Below, one piece after another: positions 32,607-53,566 of a stretch of 64,000 nt of DNA. The stretch lies in assembly GCA_965112155.1 (NCBI GenBank), contig OZ218104.1; one strand, given 5' to 3'. The number at the start of each line of letters is the position of its first letter. Position 1 is the stretch's first letter. The notes under the pieces are model-generated. The model searched no databases. It was not told the DNA's origin and saw nothing but the letters and a program-made list of their open reading frames with translations. This DNA is from Podarcis liolepis (lineage: Eukaryota). Made by a program: the position numbers and the translations under genes.

Positions 32607-34348
32607 TCACTGATCTCTGCTGGTTCTATAAGCGTCTACAGTGCTGGGCTTCGTGTGCACACTATACGCGCCAAAGTCTTCAGTGTCCCGGATGGTTTTT
32701 GTTTCGGGGATTTCATCAGTATAACTGTTCAACAGCACTTCCTCCGAGGGCCCAGTCACAATGATCTTAGGAATAAGCCTTTTCTTCTTGGCAAGTTTAT
32801 CAGTAGATACTGCAAGGAAAGAAGGAAATATCAAAGTGCTGCATACTGGGGCTGGGGTATGGACCTTCCTATTATCTAAGGGATGAAGCAATCGTCTAAG
32901 ACAGAACTTAGTATTTTATTTTCAAAAAGAGCTGCCAAGGCCGAAATCTGCAGGAAGACTCTGCTTCTGACATGAAACCTCCTCTCGGATCCTAAGTGTG
33001 AGAAGGCTAGTTGTGGACACTCAAGAGCTTCTATGTTTGTTCCCTCCAAGGCAGAAGCACGTTAACTTGGAGTAATCCTACTCTCACCTGGCTTACTCCT
33101 GATCACTTTCAATGTAGGTCAATGAGGAAGTCAGAAAATGAGGAATATAATCAAGAGGCTGGAAACACTTTCTTTGATGGTGTTCTGACTTCATGCTAGC
33201 AGTTTAAACAGTAAAACTTCTTGGCCCTTCCTTGGATACAGGGGGCTGCATGATGAGCTCTAGTTCTTCAAAATGTACCACTGCACCACTGCTACCAAGG
33301 CCTCAGGCAATTTAGTTTGCTTCAGTTCCAGCTGAAGAGTGACAATGACAACCCATATAACTGGAAGTGAGGTGATGCCCTAGTGATGGAGAATAATAGT
33401 TGCACCAGGACTGCAGAGCTGAATGGAAATATGCTTTTGTCTGTGCCATCAGCCAGGGAACAAAGGGGAAGTGGCAGGCTACACCTCTGCCCTCCCAGGA
33501 AGATTGCCCCAGTAAGATGAAGACTGGGCCAGAGAAGGAGCAGTTGCAGAGTATCTTTGTGCTTCACCCCTCCCTCCTTCCCAGGAGGCTCCAACTGCAT
33601 TTGCCCTTGGAATTAAGTGGGTAGCACTCTGGCTGCTGGGTTGATGGGGGGGGGAGAGAACTGGGTATTATTGCACTCTACTGCAAACCGCCTTGAGAAT
33701 CTTTCAGTAAAAAGCAGGGTATAAATCTTTTAAAGAAATAGTAACCATTTCTCATGGTTTTGTTTTGTTTTTTTAAATACTGTTGCAGACTCCAAACCCT
33801 CGAGATAAGGTGGGTTAGAAAAAATACCCTTATAGCCTATGTTGCTGGATGCATGGCTTCACTAAGTATGTGTATACAGTGGTACCTCGAGTTACATACG
33901 CTTCAGATTACATATGCTTCAAGTTACACACTCCGCTAACCCAGAAATAGTGCTTCAGGTTAAGAACTTTGCTTCAGGATAAGAATAGAAATCGGGCTCC
34001 AGCGGCATGGCAGCAGCAGGAGGCCCTATTAACTAACATGGTGCTTCAAGTTAAGAACAGTTTCAGGTTAAGAACGGACCTCCGGAACGAATTAAGTACT
34101 TAACCCGAGATACCACTGTATCTACAAAGGACTACTGAGAACATGCGAATGAGATATGCCATTGCTGTCACTATGACCCACTGTTCTCCCTTCCTCACCT
34201 TCTACTTGCATAGGATGTGGCACAGGCTTCTTTGTTGGTTTACCCGATGTTGAAGGTTGAATGTTTCCATACATATGCTGGCTCTGTTCTTGGAAGCTGG
34301 GCTTGGGTTCTTTGACCTTGCTACCATCTATATTTTTATGAACATGAG
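32607..34348 (-). CDS. SPATA33: Spermatogenesis-associated protein 33 (partial): exons 34348-34199 and 32809-32607; N-terminal exon(s) unresolved
   Basis: Last exon reads ...KKKRLIPKIIVTGPSEEVL...KTIRDTEDFGAYSVHTKPSTVDAY*, matching the recalled mammalian SPATA33 C-terminus (PQIIITRASNETL...TIREPEDWGPY..H.NPST.DAY). The 150-nt upstream exon has ag/gt boundaries and joins in phase 1. Position between CDK10 and CHMP1A is syntenic. Confidence 0.85.
33877..34118. mobile_element. Tc1/mariner MITE, same family as 8520-8744, in a SPATA33 intron
   Basis: Same TIRs and internal sequence, TA TSD. Confidence 0.88.
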
Positions 34349-34389
34349 CTGTTAAGGAAAAATACAAATATTAAGAATGGAAAAGGAGA

Positions 34390-34565
34390 TAGGTGTAGCT
34401 CAATGGTAGAACCTATGCTTTGCATGCAGAAGGTCCCAGGTTCGGTTCCCGGCATCGCTAGGGAAATGTCCCCTGCCTGAAATCTTGGATTGTTTTTGAC
34501 AGTTATAGACAATGCTGAGATATGTGGCCAATGGTCTGACTTGGAATAAAGAACGTTCCTATGAA
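34390..34565 (+). mobile_element. tRNA-derived SINE family member; related copies near 11085, 15700, 23270, 46040, 52400, 53600, 54550 and 63290
   Basis: TAGCTCA.TGGTAGA...TGCATGCAGAAGGTCCCAGGTTC head plus a shared GACAATACTGAG.TAGATGGACC tail. Confidence 0.65.
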
Positions 34566-35301
34566 ATTAAAAAAAACCCCACCTAAATAGAACAAGCAAT
34601 CTTTTATCTTGCCATTTGCTAGCTCTTTGCCAAAGACCAGCCACCAATCAGAACATGAACACCTTACAAGATCAGACTGAGGGCCGTCAGTGATGATGGG
34701 AGTTGTAGTCCAGCAGCATCTAAAGGGTCACAGGTTCCCTGCTCTAACAATTGCACTGCCAGGCACTGGCTTAGATACTTCAAGGAACCCATAAGCAAGC
34801 CATGAAGGAAACAGCCTTCCTCCCTTGTTGCTTCCCCCTAGGAAGACGCTCTCTGAATGTGGACACTCCATTTAGCTGTTGTGACTAATAGCCATTGATT
34901 GACTTCTCTTCCCCCACAGATTTGTCTATTTTAAATCTAATTGTCATTCATTTCCAGCAGATCTGCTCTGAAATCAAAGTAAGTTGTACACTTATTCCCC
35001 ACCCCCTACAATGTTTCAAGAGGGTTCTTTGTGCTACAGATATTACAGAAGGATTACCCAATAGATGAACAAGACAGAGAGACATCCAGAAGAGGTTAAG
35101 GATCAATAACATGGGTGCTTCCAGGCTAAAACATCCCCCAAATAACTGTGGTGCTAAACAGGTACAGAGGCATGCTACATAGATACAGTACTTTAAAAGA
35201 ACAGGGGCACAGGCACTAGGACACAAATCTGCATGTCCTGATTTATGCATATATATGCAAATATAGGAATTACTAGAATTTCACAGAAGCCATGCTAATT
35301 A

Positions 35302-36144
35302 CCGTATTTTTTGCTCTATAGGACGCACTTTTTCCCCTTCAAAAATGAAGGGGAAATGTGTGTGCGTCCTATGGAGCGAAGACGCCATAGCCCCGCGACC
35401 CTCTCCCGGCTGGAGAGGTGGCGCACGGCTATGGCAGGAGCCTCTATAGCCGCGCGCCACCTCTCCAGCCGGGAGAGCGCGCACGGGGCTAAAGAAGCCA
35501 TAGCCCCGCGCCCCTCTCCCGGCTGGAGAGGTGATGTGCAGCTATGGCAGGAGCCTCTTTAGCCGCGCGCCACCTCTCCAGCTGGGAGAGTGCGCGCGGG
35601 GCTAAAGAAGCCCCGCTTACCCTCTCCCAGCTGGAGAGGTGACATGCGGCTATTGCAGCAGCCTCTTTAGCCGCGCGCCACCTCTCCAGCCGGGAGAGCG
35701 CGTGCGGGGCTAAAGAAGCCATAGCCCTGCGACCCTCTCCCGGCTGGAGAGGTGACGCGCGACTATGGCAGCAGCCTCTCCGCTGCGCGCCTTTCCGCTG
35801 TTCCCCGACCTGCTCTTTGGGGCTGGTGGTGGGCTTCCCCCCGCCAGCCCCAAAGAGCAGGTTGAAAGGAACCTGAAGCCTGGAGAGCGAGAGGGGTCGG
35901 TGCACACCGACCCCTCTCGCTCTCCAGACTTCCAAGGTAGCCGCCTGAAGGCGACTGAATGGCACCTTGTTTTAGAGGGGGAAAACAAGAGGGGGAAAAT
36001 TCTCCCCCTCTCTGTGCAGCGCCTCCTGCCGCTTCGCTGAAGGGGCGCTGGGCAGAGAGGGGGAGAATTTTTTTTCTTGTTCTCCCCCCTCTAAAACAAG
36101 GTGCGTCCTATTGTCCGGTGCGTCCTATGGTGCGAAAAATACGG
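35302..36144. mobile_element. Non-autonomous Tc2/pogo-like element with an internal GC-rich palindromic minisatellite
   Basis: TIR CCGTATTTTT.GC.C.ATAGGACGCAC at both ends, TA TSD, ~113-bp tandem units at ~35385-35770. Confidence 0.85.
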
Positions 36145-38799
36145 TAGTTTCCCACTCAGAAAACAAACATATCAGGCAAGACCAGCTGATCTGGTTCTAC
36201 GAACATGACATTCTAATTGTCCTCATTGAACTTTAGCTTTGTTTGTTTTATGATAGTGCTGTTAATTTGTTTCCTATTTATTGGCCTTGTTTTTATGGAT
36301 TCTGTAATTTATGTATATTGATATCTTTTTTCTGTAGATTTGAATTATTAGTTATTTAATTGTCTCACACTCTGATACTGAAATATCCAATGAAGAACAG
36401 AATGTAAATGCTTAGGTCACGTCCACACCATACATTTAAAGCAGCCTCCCCCAACAAACCCTGGGGGGGAACTGTAGTGTTTGCCTCACAGAGCAATAAT
36501 TCATAGCAACCTTTACAAACTACAGTTCCCAGGATTCTCTGGAGAAAAGCTTGTGCTGTAAATGTAGGGTGTGTTAGAAATAAAAAAATAAAAATGAGAA
36601 CTTGTGGGATGTTGGATTTTTTATCCAGCTAGTTAGTGGATGGGATTAGGGACAGAGAAATGAGGGTGGGGAAGAGGCAAGCATTATCTGACTGACTGTT
36701 CTTTTGAACTAAGTGCCTGATTCTTGGCATATTTACTGAGAAGAAATTCCACCGGTTTCTGCAGTACTTGCTTCCAGGACCGAAGCCTGAAGATGGTTGT
36801 ACATGTGCAGCAGAATGAAGTGGTAATGGGGTAATAGAAGGGAATGTGCTACTTTTTGCTGCAGGTGGGGGAATCACATTTCTGAATGGTCCCTGACATT
36901 AAAAAAAATCTGTCCCTGCATATAAAAAATTGGCAGATCAGGAAGGAGATTGGGATAGAACCTTTCTCCTTGATGTGTTTGTGTTCTTACTTGCAGAGGG
37001 GCTTTCACAAATGTTATCTCCTACTTGCAGCCTGAAGTGGTACCATTCTACCACCTCAGGTTCCTACCAACACATCCTGCTGCCTGTGTAGTGTCCAGGC
37101 TGCCTCAATCTCTCATCCAAAATGGCATCTCTCAAAACAAAAGGAGTAGCAACTCTCCTCCCCCAACCCACTTCATTTACAAGCCAAAGCCATTAGGCTG
37201 GCTTGACCTCATTCTGCTCATGCCAACTGTTACCTGGCACTAACCTGAACCCTTCTTGGACATCATTCTGTAAAGAGGAACAAGAGCATTTTACCTCCTC
37301 CCACATCTTCATGTTTGCTGTGAGACCCCCCCATAGATGAGCCTACAGTCCTTGCTCCCCCGACATTGGCACTACTCCATCCTTGATTGCATTGTCTGGG
37401 TCCTTTTGTGACTCAGTACCAACCAGCGCCATCATCATCAAAGAAGCAGCACACCAGATGCACAGCAGGAGGGGGCTGATTCAGCTCAGGAAACGACTCC
37501 TGTGATATCCTCCTCAGGACCCTTTACCTGTGGCAATGTATGGGTGCTGTAAGAAAGTACAGGTTTCCCTCTTTTTTTCCTGCCCTCTTTTTCTCTTGGG
37601 CTAATTAATGTTTGGCATGTTTTCTCCCACCACCATTTTATATTTATTATATCCTTCTCACCATATTCAAATGATTTTTTCCCTTACATCCTCAGACAAA
37701 ACCATCTCAGGAGAAGTTAGAGTGAAGAGTAATAGATATTGAGCCACTCTCATCATGGTTGGGAGGCATCTCCCATAGGCAAAACCTAAATCCCCTTCAC
37801 TGCACTACACTGGCTCTAACTTTTCTAAAGTGCTCTGACTTTTTTGGAATTTGCACTAGGATGGTTTGGATGTTGCAAGACTCTTGGTGATGATAGGTAA
37901 GTGCTAAATATAGTCTGGCCCCCCACAAGGTCTGAGGGACAGTGGACTGGCCCCCTGCTGAAAAAGTTTGCTGACTCCTGTGCTAGCCTTTCAAAAATTT
38001 GACGATGGCCTCTGAATATTGCCTCTTAATCATCTCTTCTCCAAGTTAAACATAACCAACTCAACCTTTTCTCATCAGACTGGTTCTCCAGACACCTTAC
38101 CATCTTTATCTCCTCCTCTGGAAATGTACCAGTTTACCAATATCCTTCCTCCAAGTGAAAGTTGGCCATATTCTTCTTTAAAAGAAAGGTGCTCTTTAAA
38201 TTCTAATAGTAGTAGTAAATTTGCATGGTGGTAGACAGCCCTGGAGTTTGGGTCAAGCTGTCACACAGTAGAGAATCCCACCCAACCTCACCTGTTGAAG
38301 ACCAGTGCTCTAGACAACACAACCTCATCTTCACCAGTCAGTAGAATGGGGATAATTTTGCTGCCGCTCAATTATGCTCCAAAGTTATGCTGCAGCAGCA
38401 CAGTTAAAAAGTCATACAACCAGCAGAAACATTCTCAAGAGGCAGACCAAGCACAATGTGCTGGCTCTATCCAAGGCCAATGTATATTTATTTGGAAAGC
38501 AATGGTGCCTGAACACTGAATTCGCTTCCTTTCTTCTCCCCTTCGTTGTCTCTTCCTTTTGTATGTGTCAAATATTTGTTAGTTTGAAAGCCATTCTGGA
38601 GTAGGAACCAGTCTATTTTTTGTCCAGCCCTAAATACACTATTTTTATCCTAATTCTTCTATATACAGCCCTAAATACTTGATGATGATGGGAATCATCA
38701 CCACCGTCAAATAATACGCAACAATAACAACAGCAATATGTAAAAAACAATCATATCGATATGCAAATAAGATTTATATCTGCTTCGTGCTTAAATTAC

Positions 38800-39140
38800 T
38801 CCCAAGCTGTGCAAAAGTACTTTCCCCCGCATCTCATCATCTTCGTTTTCTTTCTCCCTCGTTGCCATAGGAACCGCCACCTACGAGCCTTGTCTTGCTG
38901 GTTGTGCCCACGAGCGACTTTTTTTTTTAAAGTCTACGCATGCGTCAGCACGGACCCGGTGAGCGAGACTGCGGCGCGGTGAGAAAGATGATGGCGGTCG
39001 TGATAGACCGTCGTCTCGCGAGGCGTGGCTGAGATCGCGTTCGAGGCGACGCGGAAGAGGCTGGGGAGAGAACCCGGAAGTGGGCGAGGAGGGAGCCCGG
39101 AAGTTTTGGTCAGGGGAGTAGACAGAGGACTCAATTCAGA

Positions 39141-39147
<7 letters not shown>
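38800..39147. promoter_or_regulatory. Bidirectional CpG-island promoter shared by SPATA33 (-) and CHMP1A (+)
   Basis: CpG-rich. RFX X-box-like GTTGCCATAGGAAC (38861-38874), NRF1-like ACGCATGCGT (~38936), YY1-like ATGGCGG (~38991), TCTCGCGAG (39014), two ETS CCGGAAGT (~39073, ~39097). Confidence 0.75.
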
Positions 39148-48094
<8,947 letters not shown>

Positions 48095-49577
48095 CCCTCT
48101 CTACTCCCCCTAATGGACTGTTGCTTCTGCCTTGTTCAACTATGATTTGTGGACTTCCTGCGGGAGGCTCCAGGCCACCCCGTCCTACGGTGATCAGAAG
48201 GCAGACTGGTCCCTCGACTCCTCCAGGCCTGCTGTGTTCAGCAATGGACTTTAAATCGTCTCATGGTGATGGCAATTTACTCTCTAAAGATAGTGGCAGC
48301 AGCAAGCACCTGTGCATGAACTTGCCTAGGATTGGCTGGGATGGCGTGATTGTGAGGCAAATTTATTGGTATAGTTCTCCTCCCCCCCCCCCAAAAAAAC
48401 CCCACCAACTTCTTTTTTAGCCCACACTTCCCATCATCCTCTTGTGCCTGAAAGTCACTGGATGAAAGGAACAAGAGCATATAGCTCTTAGAAATGATTC
48501 AGGCAGAGCCCTTGCAAGACTTAAAACCTTTATATCTGGAACCTGTGTCTGGTGTGTGGAGGCAGGTGTGCTGTTTGTTTCTCCTAATATCAGTCACTTC
48601 CTTGGCTTAGGGCAGCCTCCCTGCCCTGCCCTTCAGATCTTTGGACTACAACTCCCATAAACCCCAGCTTCTACATCTGATGGGAGTTGTGGTCAAAAGC
48701 ATCTGGAGAGCACTAAGTCAGGGAAGGCTGTTTTAGGGGATGACTTGTGGAAATTGGAATTGGAATTGTGCTACAAAGTGAGCTTGTAGAGAGAATGGAT
48801 GTGTACCTTTCTCCCCTCCCCCACCTGTCTGTTTACACACCATTTTGGATTTACACACCATTAAGTGACCTTTGAAACTAATGTTCCTTTATTCTCTCCC
48901 TCCATTACACACAGAGAGAGATAGATTCATTTGCTGATTCTACACTCTCTGATTCTTCTGCCGGCCCTCTTAAGAACTCTTTGCTTGTGTTCTGCATTTC
49001 AGTTCACCCTTCTCCAGCATGTACCTTTCCTCAAACTTCTGGAAGGGGAACCCTCATGTACAGAGATGCTTGGGTCTTTCCCCCTGAATTGTCATATTGG
49101 AGAAGTTTGCCTCTTGGTTCCAGAGCAGCTCTTCCCCCTGCGCTCTCACTCTCTTTTCCTCCCCTTTCAACGAGACTTGGGACCTCCTAATACTCTGGGT
49201 GGAAATGGTGGGGCTTAGCAGGATTAGGTTCTTGTCTTCAATGGTGTTGCTGTGATCTTTCTGCCAGAGCCGATGTCAAGAGAGCAAGAACCTCTTTGGT
49301 CTCCTGTAAGAAACCACGCTGTTCCACTTTGCTGCTGGTATTTAAAATGAGGTCTCTCTCCTCCCGCCATTCTGTCTCTGAAGGGCTTGGCCTTTATGCT
49401 TGTGCTGTTCCTGTTCTTCTAAGCCGCACTTTGTGGGGTGGGGTGTGGGAACAGAGGGCGTGTTTTCATTGTGAAAGGCTTGTTGGAAAGGGGTTATGGA
49501 GTGCCACATCCTCCCAGCTCCTTCTTGGGAAAAACACTGCTCTGTTTTGCCTTCCTCCACCTCTAGTTAAAAAAAAA

Positions 49578-49621
49578 ATTAAAGCGTATGCTGTTGTTTC
49601 TTTAATGCTGTTTTAAATAAA
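49578..49621 (+). terminator. CHMP1A: Probable CHMP1A polyadenylation signals (ATTAAA 49578-49583, AATAAA 49616-49621)
   Basis: Hexamers in AT-rich context ~1.5 kb after the stop codon. Confidence 0.6.
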
Positions 49622-49637
49622 TTACTCTCCGGAAATC

Positions 49638-50359
49638 GGGGTGTATGGGGTTTTAGCGAAGGGGTAGTACCACCAGGGGAACACACACATCATGCTCCTT
49701 TTGGGGTAGTTTGTCCACCTTTGGTCCCCACTCTGCACTCAGCTCTCACCTGGGATTCTTAGAAGCAGTCAACATGCAAGAGCGGTCACGCCATGGGAAC
49801 AGCTTCAACTGGGCAGCTAAACCAGGCAAGGGTATCCAATGAGTCTCAAACTCTCAGTAAGTGAGGAACTTCCCCTGCATGCAAAGGCAGGCTCCACTGG
49901 ATTGGGAGGATGAGATCAATAGTGGGTCCAGTGATCAAGAAGGTGGTTTCTGCATGTGTTGTAGAGGGAAGTGAGGCAGATGAGATTTGTCAACCTGGGA
50001 AGGTACCCAATCTAGGAGAAGGAGAACTCTGCTGCCTTGCAAGGTGTCTTCGAGGGAAGAAATGGCTACCCTACACAAATCTGGAGTGAAGTCTCTACGA
50101 TGGTTAGATGATGCCTTGTACACTACCTTTTGGCAACTCCTGCAGTCAAGCAGGTGCCAAAGGTATTGCTCTGCTTTCCTTTGGACCACATCAGTGAGGC
50201 CGAGAGGGGGGTCTTGTAGGCAGCCCAGTACCTCCATAGGCACTGGCCAGGCCTGCACCCCAGGGAGGTCACTTCAGTACTGCTAATGCAGTGATTTTAA
50301 TTCACCCCTGGAAGTACACTCCATTGTCTCTCAGTCTCAAGGCAGGCAGATGCCAACAA
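49638..50359 (+). mobile_element. TSD-bounded ~720-bp insertion, probably an RTE-related non-autonomous retroelement
   Basis: 12-bp TSD TCTCCGGAAATC (49626-49637) / TCTCTGGAAATC (50360-50371). Ends in a CCAACAA-like tail. Family assignment is tentative. Confidence 0.6.
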
Positions 50360-53300
50360 TCTCTGGAAATCAGTAGGTGCAGTTAGGTTTACATAGGTTT
50401 CTACACTCTTAGAGCAGGCTGGGACAATGAGTGGATAATCCTGCCCTTGGAGATCATACATAGAGGAAAGCTCAGTGGCAATGGTCAGCCAGATTAGGCA
50501 CTGACTGAGAGCCCCAGGTGCTCAGAAGGGTCTCCTGCCCTGTCGTTGTCCCTCCTTCCCTGCTGTGGCCCCAAAGCTGCTCCTTTTGAACGAGATCCAA
50601 GTTTGGTTCCTATCCACAGTGTCCGCCTACCATGTTCAATTAATCAGGAGGCCCAATCCTTCCTATTTCATTTTTTAAGAAAAATTGTTGCCACAGGGCA
50701 GCTTACATGTCTGCCAATAGGTGGCCATGCCAACTGCAACATGATGAAAGAGCAGCAACTGCTGTTCTAGCTCTTATGGCTGAGAATTGGTGTCTGAGCT
50801 GAGGGCATGGAATTGAATTTGCAGCTTCCGAAACACAGCATGGCTCCCGACAGTTCTTTCTGGTGTTGTGTCCCTCCCCCGGTCCAAAAAGGTTGGTAAA
50901 CTGTGTTGCTCCCTCAAATTCTGTGTGGTTCTGCATTAAACAGGTTTGCCACAAGAGGGCTCCCTCCCCTAAGGAATGGCGCTGCTTCTTGCTTAGCCCA
51001 GCTTTAGATGTGCTTTAGCTCCAGCAGAGGCATGGGGGGGGGGGGGGCTTCCAGGGTGAATGGCCTGGGCACATTTTCCTTGAGGCAGTGGGCTACTCAC
51101 GCCACCCTCCCCAAGCCAGCCTTGTGCCACTTTGCGAGGCTGGTATCTGATCACATCCCATTCTTGGGCACTGCCTGGTCAGATTGTCAAAATAGTGGTT
51201 CAGAAACAGGGCAAATAAGAGACCAACCTGGCCCCATCCATTGGCCAGAGAATGAGCAGATGCAAGGAGCTGGCCTCCCCACTCTCTGCTCCCTTTGCCT
51301 GTCACTCTGGGACTGTAGAAGCAAGGAGAGAGGATGCTCTGGCCCCATCCGTCATCTGCTAAAGGAACAAGAGCTAGCAATTGCTATTCAAGGACCAGCA
51401 CCAACAAGGGGAGATCAGCCTGGCCCTTTTCAGACCACAAATGCCATCTCATGCAGCTTATTTCTCTGGCTTTCAAATAACACCCCCCTCATCTACCTTT
51501 CCCCTACTCTCCTCTCATTTTTTTATTTTTAGTCTGCCTTGGGAAATGGCAACTGTCTGAAAAGTGGAATAAAAATAGCAATAATAATCACAGTTGTAGT
51601 CTGCATCAAACCCACAATTCATTCCTTACTCATTTAAAAAAAGAAGCTTCTGCTTCTCGCTCCCCACCCCCCTGCTTGTCTGCAGAATTGTGATCCCACC
51701 ATTCAGCTCTTTCTTAAGCAATTGGCTGGGCTTCTTCAGCACACAGAGGGCCCTTCATTTAAAAGTGAGTCTCAGGTTAACCCCTACATAGAGTCCTAGG
51801 GAGATGCTTCATGCCATTGGTCCATCTAGCTCAGCATTGTCCACACCCGTGGTCTTCAACTATCCAGACCCAAGTCCTACCTCTGACTCACAACCTGCAA
51901 CATGGGACCCGCTGTCAAATATTCACATTTGATTTAATGCACATTATTAATCCTAAAATAGCAATTCACAGAGCAGTATGCTTTAGCATTGCTACCAAAT
52001 GAAATGCAGTGGTTGTTACACTTAATTTTTAGTCAAAAGGCTGAGAAGCTGTTGAAAACCCCCCCAGGTTTGCATTCTGGGAGAAGTCCAGAAAGCCATA
52101 GAAGTAGATTCAAAAGTGAACAGAGTGCCCCTGTTCCGTACAGAGCTTCCTCTCTAGAAGCATAGATGTAGGGTGGTGGGGCATGTGCTTGGCCAGAAAT
52201 ATGTACTGGTACGTTCTTAAAAATGGCTCATGCTTTTCTCCTGCCATGTTGTAGCACCCATGGAAATCTATAAAAGGTGTGTGTCATCAGACGAATGTGC
52301 CCTAACCTAGACACCACATGTAGTGTTCTTTCGGCCTTATCTAGACATGCTGCAAGCCACCTGGTATAGCCTGTGGGTCCTGACTGACTGCTTAAAGGGC
52401 TGTGGCCTTCACTGATTGGCTGTGGCTCTCCATGGTTTCAGGCAGGCGTTTTCCCTAGCCATACCTGGATTGAACCTGGGACCTTCTGTGCGCAAGGCAG
52501 AGGCTCTACAGCTCAGCTGTGGTCCTTCCTCTCGTGCTGTTGTGCCCCCAGCAACTGGTATTCAGTGGCATGCCAAGGTTATAATAGTGGCCATTAAAAA
52601 AAAAAAAGGTTAGTGGCTGTTGGAGCTGTGGTCTAAAGTGCAGAGGCTTACAAAGGGGGATGCCAGGCTCTACAGGGCAGCTTTGGCCCAATTTCAGTTT
52701 TGATATCTTTTCTGCACTGTAAGGCAGACCTAGATCTCATGTGTGTGCCTGCCTGTGTCTTCCTAGCTTGCCTCCTCTCTGCTGGGTAGCAGGGCTATGC
52801 AGGAAACGGCCTCCACCTGCTGCCCCGGTGCTGATCCTCTCCTACACAGAGCCCCTGTGCCACAGCCAGCCAGCAAACGCAAGCAGGCAGGCTGAATCCC
52901 TTCCCAGGTCTGTTTGTGCAGGTGCCCATCACCGCCTCCGCGTCCAAAGACAGGCTGTTCTTGAAATGCCACCGGAAGCTGCTAATGAGCTGCTTGATAA
53001 GCTAATTAATTGGCTAATGAGGAATGCTTGGACGGAGGCTGCGAGACGGCAGCACCTGCCCGGATGGCGCTTGGCAGCTCTGTGGGGCCCTTGCGCAAGC
53101 TACGAGGCTGGCAAGAAGGGGAAGGTGGTCACCCGGACCTCTCAGCTGTAGTCAGAGGCGACCATGACCTCCCCGGCCTTGCCTGGAGCTCCCCAGCAAC
53201 AGATTTCAAAAAGGATCCTCTTCTCCGCTGGTGGAAGAGGTCCCTCTTGCCATGTTCATCCATTCGACTCCAAAGAGAAAGGCAGCTGGTCTCCTTTGAA

Positions 53301-53539
53301 CAGCAGTTAAACTTTTACTTAGACCTAGGAGTGTGCTTGGCACTACTGCAGTACAGAACATGTGAGGGGGTCCCCCACCAGTACTTAAGCCCAGTGAGGA
53401 TAGAAGGGGAAAGAGCAGGAGAGTGCTGGAGTAAAGGTTGCTCATGAATGACTCCAGAAAGGAGGAAACGTCATGCTGGACTGTTGGGAGAGGATGCAAG
53501 AATGTCAGAAGAGCTCTGCTGGATCAGGCCAAAGCAGGC

Positions 53540-53566
53540 CAGTCCAGTCCAGTCCAGTCCAGTCCA
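53540..53566. repeat. (CAGTC)n pentanucleotide repeat
   Basis: About five tandem CAGTC units. Confidence 0.9.

Noticed and set aside
34390-34465. tRNA-like sequence
   Set aside because: It is the head of a SINE with many degenerate copies in the window, with a shared non-tRNA tail and an imperfect acceptor stem.
35385-35770. Palindromic tandem array superficially like a CRISPR array
   Set aside because: Units repeat in full with no unique spacers, there are no cas genes, and it lies within MITE TIRs in a vertebrate intron.
36740-37080. Possible plus-strand exons antisense to SPATA33
   Set aside because: Only isolated AG/GT signals, with no coherent frame or homology that I can support.
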